IMG/VR virus record: IMGVR_UViG_3300021254_000029
Coordinates: 32,460-96,459 of that record
Length of the DNA stretch: 64,000 nucleotides
Origin: a virus
Lineage: Duplodnaviria > Caudoviricetes
Reading direction: 5' to 3' (one strand)
Every line of letters starts with the position of its first letter. The first letter of the stretch is position 1. Made by a program: the position numbers and the translations under genes. This document shows, piece after piece, positions 18,393 to 27,366 of the stretch. Below the pieces are notes generated by a model, which made no database searches, was not told where the DNA came from, and was given only the letters and a program-made list of their open reading frames with translations.

Positions 18393-18632
18393 CTATTCAA
18401 ACTTATCCTTCCACACCAACCTCCCTTCGTCTATCAGGATGTCGACGCATCCCTCGTCGCCGTCGAAGACCTTTGCGACACAGCCCTCGGAGCAGAAGGT
18501 GTCCGAGTCATCCCAGACATAGCCGCTGGTGATGACCTTGCCGCAGACGGCACAGGTTCGCTTCCCGGTGCGGTCTTTTTCTTCGCGCTCGATGTTCTCC
18601 CAATAATCGGGATCGTCTCGTAGTGAATACAT
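18393..18632 (-). CDS. Small acidic zinc-binding protein
   Basis: CAVCG...FCSEGC motif. Confidence 0.65.
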   Translation of the reverse strand: MYSLRDDPDYWENIEREEKDRTGKRTCAVCGKVITSGYVWDDSDTFCSEGCVAKVFDGDEGCVDILIDEGRLVWKDKFE

Positions 18633-18654
18633 AATCTTGTCCTCCTACAATTTA

Positions 18655-19356
18655 TTATTCGGCCTTAATTGCTTCCAGTGCAGTCCTTTTGACGATGCCG
18701 CTCAGTTCTCTTCCATACGAGGTTGCTTCCTCGTACACATTCTCGAAGTCGATAGTATTATGCTCGAAGTCGCTCCAGCCCATCGGGTCCTCATATTCAC
18801 TGCAGGTATTCTCCCAACTTTCCTTGTGACTCTCGATGCAAGTCTTCAGGGACTCTATCCATCCGTCACGATCCTTGATTTCTTCAGGCGTCAGATCGTC
18901 GTCTGCGAAGCCATCATACTCGCTCAGTTCTTCGTCGTGCTTCTCCATCGTCTGCTGGATTGCTTCAATCATCTTCCTGCGCTCACTCTTCCAGGAGTAA
19001 TATCTGTCAGTAGTTACCAGCAGCTCGCGAACAAACTCGTCACTCTTATTGTCCGCGACTGGAGACCATACACAATCCACCAACAGGCATTGGTTATTCT
19101 CCTCGTTCCTGATTGGCCTTTCCGTGATTTCCTCACCCTCTTCGCATCCTTCAGCATAGACAGTCACCCACTGCACACGGTTGTAGTCTATATCATCCTT
19201 CGCCAGAAAATCATCCATCGGGATGAAGTCAGGTGCCCAGCAGCATGGGTGTTGAACTTCATAAATAACGCCCAAATTGCCTTCGTAGTTATAGATAGGC
19301 ATATTCTTTCCTGTTGCAGCCTTAAACTCCTGCTTTACCTGTTCAATAGTCTTCAT
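18655..19356 (-). CDS. Highly acidic hypothetical protein
   Basis: 233 aa, D/E-rich. Confidence 0.7.
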   Translation of the reverse strand: MKTIEQVKQEFKAATGKNMPIYNYEGNLGVIYEVQHPCCWAPDFIPMDDFLAKDDIDYNRVQWVTVYAEGCEEGEEITERPIRNEENNQCLLVDCVWSPVADNKSDEFVRELLVTTDRYYSWKSERRKMIEAIQQTMEKHDEELSEYDGFADDDLTPEEIKDRDGWIESLKTCIESHKESWENTCSEYEDPMGWSDFEHNTIDFENVYEEATSYGRELSGIVKRTALEAIKAE

Positions 19357-19458
19357 AGTTTTAAGTTTTTAGTGTTGTTAAACCATTCGTTTTATGTTTT
19401 ACAACACATCGGACGCGAAAAATGGTAAATAGTAAATTGTCAAATCGAAAATTTACAT

Positions 19459-19466
19459 TACCTTTG
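19459..19466 (+). promoter_or_regulatory. Bacteroidetes -7 promoter element driving the sRNA
   Basis: TACCTTTG with TTG about 20 bp upstream; antisense to all flanking genes. Confidence 0.7.
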
Positions 19467-19492
19467 CAACGCAATCCGATGGATTGTCATTC

Positions 19493-19519
19493 GTCAGCCC
19501 TCGGGCTGTGGATTGAAAC
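19493..19519 (+). CRISPR. Solitary type I-C-like repeat
   Basis: GT-CAGCCC-TC-GGGCTG-TGGATTGAAAC: hairpin plus the I-C 3' handle TGGATTGAAAC. Confidence 0.75.
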
Positions 19520-19535
19520 GAGCTTACGCTCTCAC

Positions 19536-19555
19536 AATTTCTACTGTATGTAGAT
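19536..19555 (+). CRISPR. Solitary type V-A (Cas12a) repeat
   Basis: AATTTCTACTGTATGTAGAT matches the AATT-TCTAC-loop-GTAGA-T Cas12a handle. Confidence 0.88.
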
Positions 19556-19570
19556 GACCGCAGATGCGGT

Positions 19571-19598
19571 GTCAGCGCCTGGCGCTGAGGATTAAGCC
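19571..19598 (+). CRISPR. Second class-1-like repeat mimic
   Basis: GT-CAGCGC-CTG-GCGCTG-AGGATTAAGCC; same architecture as 19493-19519 with a variant handle. Confidence 0.55.
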
Positions 19599-19623
19599 CC
19601 GTGGCCCACCCACGGGGCTCTTT
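19595..19623 (+). terminator. Intrinsic terminator of the sRNA
   Basis: AGCCCCGTGG/CCACGGGGCT 10-bp stem then CTTT. Confidence 0.7.
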
Positions 19624-19632
19624 CGTACCTGC

Positions 19633-19698
19633 TTACTTCAAGCCCATCTTGAACATGCAGGCAATCATAATGATTGCAAAAATCCAGTTTTCTACCAT
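19633..19698 (-). CDS. 21-aa hydrophobic peptide
   Basis: MVENWIFAIIMIACMFKMGLK with an A-rich leader like neighbouring genes. Confidence 0.5.
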   Translation of the reverse strand: MVENWIFAIIMIACMFKMGLK

Positions 19699-19718
19699 AG
19701 TTGTACGTTTTTTAGGGG

Positions 19719-20654
19719 TTAGACGTTAAAGTACTTCTCATCAATGATGTCTCGGATATCATCCTCGAAGGTATCAAGGTCTTCGACAATAGTCTTGGAC
19801 CAGAACTCGGTGGGGTTATTCTCATAGTCGCTACGCACGGAAGCGGCAGCAGCTGCGGCGTCATCATACTCGTAGAAATTGAAAGTCTCGTTCAATACTG
19901 AGACAAGATGTTCCTTTTCCTCGATGAGCATATCTCCCCATGAGTTAAAAGTCTTCTTCCGAAGGTCTTTCAGATAGCTCTCGATGTATGCTTCGGCCTT
20001 GAAGTTCCATTTCCACTCTCCTTCGCCGCACGAACAGCCGTCGTGCAGGCGCTCCTCAATCAGGTCGTAACGTTCTTGCGGCGACAAGCCTTCCAATTCC
20101 GATGCCTTAACCAATACGCTGCACTGGTTACGGAACGTATGGTCTTCGTGAATGCACATCTCCGTGGTTTCGCCATACATACCTCTGCGGATGTCGCGGA
20201 TGCCACGGGCATAACCGACATACCGATCCCAGTACCAGATGACCAAGATGGCGCCTGTGACGCTCTCGTATTCGTAGGTGATACCAACTTCATCGCGGAC
20301 GTCAATGTCACTGACGGAGGCAGCGATCTTCATCAAGTCATCGTCGCCAAACGCATCCTCGCCATATTCCTCCACATCTTCCCAATCAACGTCTTCGATG
20401 TCGTTGAGGGTGACGTTAGCCTCCATAAGGTCCACCTCGATACGTTCACCGAAGTCGGCCTTCTTAGCGCCGGACACTTCGCGAAGCTCAGCCTTCGCCT
20501 CTTCGATGTCGAAATATAGGGTGCCAACGTTGTCAACGTCTATAGGGTCGTCACTCCCATGTTCGCCATCCTGATAGGTATAGATACGGATAAACCATAC
20601 CTTCGCTGCTTCGCCCGTAGCCTTAATATGCTTAATAAAATCTATTGCTTTCAT
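19719..20654 (-). CDS. Highly acidic hypothetical protein
   Basis: 311 aa, very D/E-rich. Confidence 0.7.
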   Translation of the reverse strand: MKAIDFIKHIKATGEAAKVWFIRIYTYQDGEHGSDDPIDVDNVGTLYFDIEEAKAELREVSGAKKADFGERIEVDLMEANVTLNDIEDVDWEDVEEYGEDAFGDDDLMKIAASVSDIDVRDEVGITYEYESVTGAILVIWYWDRYVGYARGIRDIRRGMYGETTEMCIHEDHTFRNQCSVLVKASELEGLSPQERYDLIEERLHDGCSCGEGEWKWNFKAEAYIESYLKDLRKKTFNSWGDMLIEEKEHLVSVLNETFNFYEYDDAAAAAASVRSDYENNPTEFWSKTIVEDLDTFEDDIRDIIDEKYFNV

Positions 20655-20664
20655 AATTTTTAGT

Positions 20665-21117
20665 TTAATCTTTTGTTACAAATTCCAGTTCCATATCCAG
20701 CGCCTTGGCCACCTTCACGAGGATGTCAAGGCCCACGCTGTACTTACCCGCCTCGATTCGGGCGATGTGCTCACGGCTCACGCCCACGGCATCGGATAGT
20801 TGCTGCTGCGTCATGCCGTGTTCATTGCGCACCTGAGCGATACGCTGACCGATACGCTGACGCTCAACTTCTACGTGCGATCTAACGCGATCGCATACGA
20901 GATCTATCCACTCGCCGTTATCGCTCACCAGACAGTCGTTTACGACGTATTGCTGCCCATCTACCTCAATGGTCTCGCTGTCGATGTCGAAGTTCACCTT
21001 CAGCAGGGGGCAGTCCTTGTTGAACGGGATAGTCACGATGTAGTAACTACCCTCATTCGTGATTTCTCGGAAATTTTCAATTAAGAACATAAGTTTGAAG
21101 TTATTGCGTGTTACCAC
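20665..21117 (-). CDS. Protein with C-terminal XRE HTH (Aca-like position)
   Basis: IGQRIAQVRNEHGMTQQQLSDAVGVSREHIARIEAGKYSVGLDIL. Confidence 0.85.
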   Translation of the reverse strand: MVTRNNFKLMFLIENFREITNEGSYYIVTIPFNKDCPLLKVNFDIDSETIEVDGQQYVVNDCLVSDNGEWIDLVCDRVRSHVEVERQRIGQRIAQVRNEHGMTQQQLSDAVGVSREHIARIEAGKYSVGLDILVKVAKALDMELEFVTKD

Positions 21118-21308
21118 TTTCTGAATACACTTTGCCAGTCATGCCCTAACTCGCGGCATACACGGCGGGCATGGGCGATGGAATACTCTCCCGCGTAGCC
21201 CTCGCGGTCAATAAGCAGTTCTACGGCGTCCTCTCTTATCTGCCGGAACTCGAAGCATGTGGATGCCTCAATAGACATCAAGCGTTGTTTAAGACTCTTG
21301 TTTGCCAT
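21111..21308 (-). CDS. Small hypothetical protein
   Basis: MANKSLKQ..., first gene after the promoter at 21375. Confidence 0.55.
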   Translation of the reverse strand: MANKSLKQRLMSIEASTCFEFRQIREDAVELLIDREGYAGEYSIAHARRVCRELGHDWQSVFRKW

Positions 21309-21374
21309 AATCTCTTTGCCGACTTTAACCTCCTGCGCGGGAGTGTTAGAAGTTATTGTTTGTTGTAGCTGTTG

Positions 21375-21415
21375 CAAAGGTAATGGACTTTTTGCAATGT
21401 GACAAATAAATCACA
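21375..21415 (-). promoter_or_regulatory. Promoter with a palindromic operator
   Basis: TACCTTTG (21382-21375), TTTG (21406-21403), 20-bp spacing; TGTGA-N8-TCACA (21398-21415) straddles the -33 box. Confidence 0.7.
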
Positions 21416-21474
21416 AAGAAATTTATCCAAACGTGTTGCAGAACATAAAATCATTTACTATTTAATTTAACTAT

Positions 21475-21789
21475 TTATTTCACCTGCATCCATTCGTACT
21501 GGAGTTCTGCGCAGTAGTCATCGTCAAAGTCCTCGTAGTATTCCATACCCATCCGCACAGCTTCGTCCTCCATTGTCTTCCAGAAGTCTTCCTCCATGCC
21601 TTCGGGGTCGTTGACATTGTAGCGGGCGAGTTTCTGATTGATACGTGCTGCCAATTCCGTCATGCGCTCGTCGCTCCACGTCCATGCCAGCATAGGATCC
21701 GGCATACCCTCGTAGTCACTCCTTCGGATAGAGAAGTGTTCGTTCACCGCGAACACTTTCTCCATGATTGTTTGTTGTTTCTCGTTCAT
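21475..21789 (-). CDS. Acidic hypothetical protein
   Basis: 104 aa ORF. Confidence 0.65.
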   Translation of the reverse strand: MNEKQQTIMEKVFAVNEHFSIRRSDYEGMPDPMLAWTWSDERMTELAARINQKLARYNVNDPEGMEEDFWKTMEDEAVRMGMEYYEDFDDDYCAELQYEWMQVK

Positions 21790-21809
21790 AGATCTTCAAT
21801 TTTTAACTT

Positions 21810-21995
21810 TCAACTTTCAACTTTCCGCTCGAGCTCTGCTCGCTTCGCTTGCGAAGAACTCTCAACTATACTTATCCCGTTCTGTCGGGCTTTCTCATAG
21901 AAGTCCTGCCGGATAGCCTCAGTGGGGAGCCAGGCGAGCATCCGCCGCTCCTGTCCGTCCGGGGCCCGCAGGGTTAGTTCATAGATGCCGGCCAT
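21810..21995 (-). CDS. Small hypothetical protein
   Basis: MAGIYELTLR..., abuts the upstream stop. Confidence 0.5.
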   Translation of the reverse strand: MAGIYELTLRAPDGQERRMLAWLPTEAIRQDFYEKARQNGISIVESSSQAKRAELERKVES

Positions 21996-21996
21996 A

Positions 21997-22374
21997 CTAC
22001 TTTGTAGGCTGTCCATTCAACAAAGTACGGGTATTGTTCTTCAGGTCGGTGCGTAGATGTTTAATCCAGTCTATGTCGCGCATTTCGATGTAGCCTTCCT
22101 GCTTGGCATATTCTTCACTCACGGGTCGGAAATCTATCCACTCTTTCCCTGCCTTCCATGTCATCTTGGCCGTTATCTTTTCACCATCCTTCTTGAAGGT
22201 GATAGAGTCGGGCAGCCCATGCTGGCACATTTCGAGGAAAAACATTCTCACTACGCCAGGACAATAGTAGTAGGCAGTCAGTTCGTGTAGCGACACATTA
22301 CGGCATTTCTGGCCAGGAATATATTTACCCCAACCATCCTTGTCAATGTTGCAGCTGATAATATACTTCGTCAT
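21997..22374 (-). CDS. Hypothetical protein
   Basis: 125 aa ORF. Confidence 0.65.
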   Translation of the reverse strand: MTKYIISCNIDKDGWGKYIPGQKCRNVSLHELTAYYYCPGVVRMFFLEMCQHGLPDSITFKKDGEKITAKMTWKAGKEWIDFRPVSEEYAKQEGYIEMRDIDWIKHLRTDLKNNTRTLLNGQPTK

Positions 22375-22390
22375 AGTCGTTTTTGTTTAG

Positions 22391-22448
22391 TGGGCTTCTT
22401 GCTCAGGCAAGCGTCACCCTTGCGGGATGCCGAGCGCGCCCAGAAATT
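22391..22448 (+). repeat. 58-bp hairpin element, copy 1
   Basis: 57/58 identical to the reverse complement of 27904-27961. Confidence 0.85.
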
Positions 22449-22479
22449 ATACAAAATCTTTTCAAAATCTCACAGGACA

Positions 22480-24195
22480 TCATGCCACTTTCTCGAACCA
22501 GTCGCGCCAGTCGTCCACGCCTTTGCCTTTGTCCTGATAGATAGGCCATGCGTGGTTTGCGTTTCCGCTCTCATTGGTAATAAAGCCCAAGAAATAATCA
22601 TGTTCCCGTTCGGAGCGATACACCATATCCTTGCGGTACACCATTGTTCCGTCTTTGCATGTCATATCCTTCTTACAGCGGAATAGGTCGCCCTTGTCGA
22701 TGCGGGGAATAAGTTTCGATGGAGACTGCTGCCAACCGTCGCCCTTCTTGGGCAGTGTCCAGCCCTTTGTCTTGGCAACTTCGGCATTGAACTTATACCA
22801 CACATCCTCGTCCAGAAACTCGAAGTGCATAGTGCCCTTCTTGAACGCCTTGCAGCGGAAGAAGCCCCAAATAAACCATGTGTTCCATTCCAAGTGACTG
22901 CAGTCATACCATGCAGGAATTTCGTTATAGTCGCGCCCTGTCAGGTAGCACAACGCCTTGCAGACATCGTACATCTTATCTACGCTGGAACCGCTCACCC
23001 TCACATACTCGCGCCCTACCCTCTTGCGGGCCATACTCCAGGATTTCCCTGTATATTCCCAGTCGTAGCCGTCGCACATATAGGGGATGATAAACTTGCG
23101 GTTGACCATATAGTTGGCATTCGTCTTCCATGTCTCTCCCGCCGTGGAGTTTTCGGCACTGAACGAACATATATGCTCAAAGGCTTCCACCAATGCCTTG
23201 TGCATCCGCTGACCGTGCGTCTGCACAATCATGTCGAGCACACGGTAGATGTTGCCCATTGTGAAAGGCACGTTCACCTGTTTCTCCACAAAGCGGTTCA
23301 TCTGGTCGCGCAGCGATTGCGTTTCGTACTTTTCCATCTTTAGCATCTGGAAGATGGTGCGCCAATAGTATTTCTTCAGTTGCTTCTTGTACTCCTCTCG
23401 GGTGATACCCGTTACACGATTTTCGCGGGTCTCTACAGCGCGAAACTCTATGGGAGGCTCATCATACCGACTGTCCGTAGCCCGTGCCGTCTCGTTGATG
23501 CGCTGCGTCATCTCCATCACTTCGTCGAACATCTTCACGGCACTCATGTAGCGGTTTACCAGTTCGCGCACCACATTGTGCTGCACCAGTCCCTCCGTCT
23601 CGTTCATGTTCAGCGCGTCCTCGTCCTGCTGACTGAACATATAGTCCTGCCATTCCTCTTCGCCTGTGCCCTCCTTATAGAGTTTCACCAGCGCCACCTC
23701 CACGCTCGTCTTGCGCTCGGCGGTCTCAAACACCTTGCCCAGACGCTCCGTGTAGCCATAGAGCTGTATGTTTTCGTACAGGATTTTGTTGCGGTTGTAG
23801 CTGTGATATTCACTCACACTGTCATCGTTGCATAGTGCAATCACTACACATCCCGGAGGTGCAATCTCGAAAGCGTGTAGTATATGCTCGACACCCTTCG
23901 AGAAGGGCGGGTTCATCACAATCATATCCACGTGACTCACCTGCTCGCTCGTTACCGTCAGGAAGTCGTCTGCCACCAACCGACACTTGTCAGCCAATAG
24001 TTTCCTACAATGCGGGTCGTTCTCGCAAGCAATCACCTCCGCCGCACCGTTCTCCTTCAGCCAGTCAACAATGTTTCCGCTACCGGCGCTCGGTTCCAGG
24101 ATAATCTTGCCAGCCACGTCTTCGCCCATCATCATCTGCTCGATAACCTCCTTAGGCGTAGGATAGAAATCGGGGTTATTCGTAAATAAGTTCAT
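22480..24195 (-). CDS. Amino-DNA methyltransferase fused to a DUF4942-like domain
   Basis: DFYPTP, ILEPSAGSG, IVMNPPF motifs; C-terminal WGFFRCKAFKKGTMHFEF. Confidence 0.85.
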   Translation of the reverse strand: MNLFTNNPDFYPTPKEVIEQMMMGEDVAGKIILEPSAGSGNIVDWLKENGAAEVIACENDPHCRKLLADKCRLVADDFLTVTSEQVSHVDMIVMNPPFSKGVEHILHAFEIAPPGCVVIALCNDDSVSEYHSYNRNKILYENIQLYGYTERLGKVFETAERKTSVEVALVKLYKEGTGEEEWQDYMFSQQDEDALNMNETEGLVQHNVVRELVNRYMSAVKMFDEVMEMTQRINETARATDSRYDEPPIEFRAVETRENRVTGITREEYKKQLKKYYWRTIFQMLKMEKYETQSLRDQMNRFVEKQVNVPFTMGNIYRVLDMIVQTHGQRMHKALVEAFEHICSFSAENSTAGETWKTNANYMVNRKFIIPYMCDGYDWEYTGKSWSMARKRVGREYVRVSGSSVDKMYDVCKALCYLTGRDYNEIPAWYDCSHLEWNTWFIWGFFRCKAFKKGTMHFEFLDEDVWYKFNAEVAKTKGWTLPKKGDGWQQSPSKLIPRIDKGDLFRCKKDMTCKDGTMVYRKDMVYRSEREHDYFLGFITNESGNANHAWPIYQDKGKGVDDWRDWFEKVA

Positions 24196-24227
24196 AGTGA
24201 TTTTGAATTTTTATTGTTCGACAAATC

Positions 24228-24734
24228 TCATTCAATAATACTAAAAGTGTCGCTATCACCTTCAAGGTCGGTCCATCTGAACTCGAGCCAGTTGCGGTCT
24301 TCCTTCTTCTTTCCGTCACCGAAGTTGCGCCATCCAAAGTTAAGCTGGATGTCTGATACATGACTGATACAGATGTTGGCAGCAAAGATTTTAGCCTTTC
24401 TCATCGCCTCGCCCTTCTTGTCGCCTGTAAACTCTGCTATCTCGTCACGTATTTCCTTCTGCGTCATGCCATACTTACGGCGGACATTCAGACGTTTTTC
24501 AAGAGCCGCAAACGTACCCTTAAATATAACATCACCCTGACCGCCATTGCTTCTAATAGCAATCTCAGTTTCTTCACGTCGCTTGTACTCAGTTCCAAGT
24601 CCATCGAAAGCATCGAATGTGATTTCTCCACTATCAACACAAACTTTCACCAAACCTTGATTACCTTTCAGTCTAATTCCTGTGCCTGATACTCCCTCAG
24701 TCCAAAGGATAAGTTTTGATTTTTTCTGTTCCAT
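24228..24734 (-). CDS. Hypothetical protein
   Basis: 168 aa, lower GC. Confidence 0.6.
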   Translation of the reverse strand: MEQKKSKLILWTEGVSGTGIRLKGNQGLVKVCVDSGEITFDAFDGLGTEYKRREETEIAIRSNGGQGDVIFKGTFAALEKRLNVRRKYGMTQKEIRDEIAEFTGDKKGEAMRKAKIFAANICISHVSDIQLNFGWRNFGDGKKKEDRNWLEFRWTDLEGDSDTFSIIE

Positions 24735-24777
24735 AACGCTTGTGATTTTGAGCTTTAATTTATATCATTTTGATGGG

Positions 24778-25131
24778 TTAGGCTGCCTGTACTTTCAGTC
24801 CATACTCTTGCAGGGCAGCGTTGAGCTCATCGGCCAGTCTTTTCTTCTGCCCGAGAAATGATAGTACATCAACAATTTCCTTAACCCTTCTCCGTATATT
24901 ACCAGGCAGGTTTATCTCTGCATCAGCCTTGCATTTTTTCAACAGAGTTTCTACCGTATAAGTGCCTCGCAGTTTGCCCATATCTTCGGCGTGTCTAAGC
25001 ATTACGTCGTAGAGGTTTCGACGTTTTCCATCGTTGAGCCACTTAATCCATTCGCACCGTTTTACACAGCAGAGTTCACTAAAAATAATAGCCTGCTCTT
25101 CGGTTGCTTTCATTTTAATATAACTTTCCAT
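24778..25131 (-). CDS. Hypothetical protein
   Basis: MESYIKMK..., lower GC. Confidence 0.6.
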   Translation of the reverse strand: MESYIKMKATEEQAIIFSELCCVKRCEWIKWLNDGKRRNLYDVMLRHAEDMGKLRGTYTVETLLKKCKADAEINLPGNIRRRVKEIVDVLSFLGQKKRLADELNAALQEYGLKVQAA

Positions 25132-25193
25132 AGTGATTTGAGTTTTGTTAGATTTTGAATTAGATTTTGTTCGATTTCTTGCGGAGCAATCCC

Positions 25194-26675
25194 TTATGCT
25201 TCGTCGAGCACTGCCTGCAACTGGTCCAGCGTGACCACGGGAATGCCCATAGCCTTCGCCTTCTGCAGTTTCGAGGGACCTACGCCCCTGCCCGGCACGT
25301 TGGCGGTGCCGATGCACAGGTAGTCTGTATTGCTGCTCAGTTCAGAGCAAACCTTGTGTCCAGCATTGACGATATAGCGTCTGGCGGCATCGCGACCGTA
25401 GCCATCCACCGCAGAGGCGGTGAAACACCCACTGATAACAATGTTCAGTCTGTCCACGGGAGCCTTGGCGATAACAGCCTTCGGCATAGCAGGCTCTGCC
25501 TTCTTCACGGTTTGCTCCACTGGTTTCACCTCGACAGGGGCGGCGGCAGTGACGCGATAAATCTTCGGCGTCACATCGTTGCTCAATCCCACCTCTACGG
25601 TACAACCCTCCGTCACACCCAGCTCCTGCATCTTCGCCTCGCTGCCCAGACTGGTCTTCTCCACACGGCGACCGAGGATAGTCACCGGCTCCAACCATGC
25701 CACAGGCGTGCGGCGACCCGTTGCACCCACCGTTATCTCGATGCGACAGACGCGGGTCTCAGTGGTCTGTGCGGCAAACTTATAGGCAATGCTCGACTTA
25801 GGGTGATGCTCAGTTCGTCCGAGGGCGGCACCTGCAACACGATTGTTCACTTTGATAACCACACCATCTGTCGGGTACGGCAGCGACTCACGTTCCTGTT
25901 CATATTGTTTCAATAGTTCAGACAGTGCCTCGCTGTCATCCGCATAGCGATAGTTGCAGGTGAAGCCCATCGACTCGGCCAACTTCATGCTCCCCGTTTC
26001 CGAGGTGTCGAAATAGTCAGCCAGCACCTCCCATGCCACAAACACCAGCCGGGCGTTGTCGCTCGTTGGTGACATCTGATTGCACAGGCCACTGGCGGCA
26101 CTGCGGCAGTCTTTATAGTCGGCCACCAGACGGCTCAGTTCCGCCTTCGGGCAGACGACTTCTCCGCGCACCTCCACACGTCCGCAGAGGTTGATGCGCT
26201 GCGGCACGCTCTGCATCATGCCGACGTGCTGCAAGATGTCCTGACCCTGCATCTTGTCGCCACGGGTGGCAGCGCTGACGAGTTGACCATCCTGATAGAC
26301 CAGCGAGCAACTGATGCCGTCCATCTTCCATTCCGTCACATAGCCATAGCCACCACCAACACGCAGCAGCTTAGGCTCGGTCGTGGCACACCATTTCTGC
26401 ACGGCATCCGGCGTCTGCGCCTTCTGGCAAGACAGCATCGGTGTGCGATGTCTGATGAGCCGACGCCCATTGTCGGCAAGGTCGCTGCCGACGCACTGTG
26501 TTGGAGAGTCCGCCAGCGTCCACTCGGGATGCTCCTGCTCGGTCTGCTCGATGCGACCTACCAGAGCATCAAACTCTGCGTCGCTGATAGCCGGCCGACT
26601 CAAAACATAGTATTCATAACTGTGCTGCTTGGCAGCGTTTACGCTCTCGATGTATTCTTTCTGTGTCATAGCCAT
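25194..26675 (-). CDS. ligA: NAD-dependent DNA ligase (short form with BRCT)
   Basis: YY...ISDAEFD Ia domain, HRTPMLS, EWKMDG adenylation motif, ATRGD, EVRGEV, TDGVVIK, IAYKF, OB fold, BRCT (GPSKLQKAKAMGIPVV). Confidence 0.92.
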   Translation of the reverse strand: MAMTQKEYIESVNAAKQHSYEYYVLSRPAISDAEFDALVGRIEQTEQEHPEWTLADSPTQCVGSDLADNGRRLIRHRTPMLSCQKAQTPDAVQKWCATTEPKLLRVGGGYGYVTEWKMDGISCSLVYQDGQLVSAATRGDKMQGQDILQHVGMMQSVPQRINLCGRVEVRGEVVCPKAELSRLVADYKDCRSAASGLCNQMSPTSDNARLVFVAWEVLADYFDTSETGSMKLAESMGFTCNYRYADDSEALSELLKQYEQERESLPYPTDGVVIKVNNRVAGAALGRTEHHPKSSIAYKFAAQTTETRVCRIEITVGATGRRTPVAWLEPVTILGRRVEKTSLGSEAKMQELGVTEGCTVEVGLSNDVTPKIYRVTAAAPVEVKPVEQTVKKAEPAMPKAVIAKAPVDRLNIVISGCFTASAVDGYGRDAARRYIVNAGHKVCSELSSNTDYLCIGTANVPGRGVGPSKLQKAKAMGIPVVTLDQLQAVLDEA

Positions 26676-26703
26676 AATTCGTTTAATTCGTACAATTCGT
26701 AGT

Positions 26704-27366
26704 TTAGAGCAATACCGGCAGCTCCTTCCAGTAGTATTCGATGCCGTAGTAGCCGCTCTGCTCCTGCATGAGGTCGTCGATGCACTCCTTTAGCTCCTGC
26801 TCGTCCTCGTCACAGCAAGGCGTGAACTTCTCACGAATAGCCTTGCGTACTGCGGCTGGGTCGTTCTTGAATTTCTCGCGGCTTACAGCCAGGAGAACTC
26901 CGTGGTCGCGCTCGTCCTCGTCGTAGGAGCACAGCGCCATGATTTTCTTCTCCTTTTGCGATATGGGGTGCATAGCCTTCTCCAGCCATGCGGCAATGTT
27001 ACGCAGCACATCTTCCTGGATGTCCTCTGCGTCAAAGGTGATGTCACCAACTGCATCGCTTTCAAAAATGAAAGTCAGCGGCGTCACATCGTCGGAATCG
27101 TAGCACATGCAGTAGAGCCAGCCCGTGTCTTGCGAACCGTCATCGAAAGTGACGGTACATGGTTTCAGTCCGTCGCATACCGGCTTGCCATCGCCACCGA
27201 AGTGATAGAGGTCGATGCTGATAGCCGCGCTGTCGTCCATTCTCTCATGCACCCACAGCGTATGCCCTTCCATGCGTCCCTTGAAGTACGCTGCCTGAAT
27301 AGTGGCCATCAGATCGGTCAGATACTGAATAGTCTGTTGTTTGTTCATCTTTTCCATAATTATCAA
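26704..27366 (-). CDS. Acidic hypothetical protein
   Basis: 220 aa ORF. Confidence 0.65.
   Translation of the reverse strand: MIIMEKMNKQQTIQYLTDLMATIQAAYFKGRMEGHTLWVHERMDDSAAISIDLYHFGGDGKPVCDGLKPCTVTFDDGSQDTGWLYCMCYDSDDVTPLTFIFESDAVGDITFDAEDIQEDVLRNIAAWLEKAMHPISQKEKKIMALCSYDEDERDHGVLLAVSREKFKNDPAAVRKAIREKFTPCCDEDEQELKECIDDLMQEQSGYYGIEYYWKELPVLL

Larger units (their letters stand above)
19471..19623 (+). ncRNA. sRNA of chimeric CRISPR-repeat mimics (candidate RNA anti-CRISPR)
   Basis: Promoter, 5' hairpin, I-C-like repeat, Cas12a repeat, second class-1-like repeat, terminator. Confidence 0.8.
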
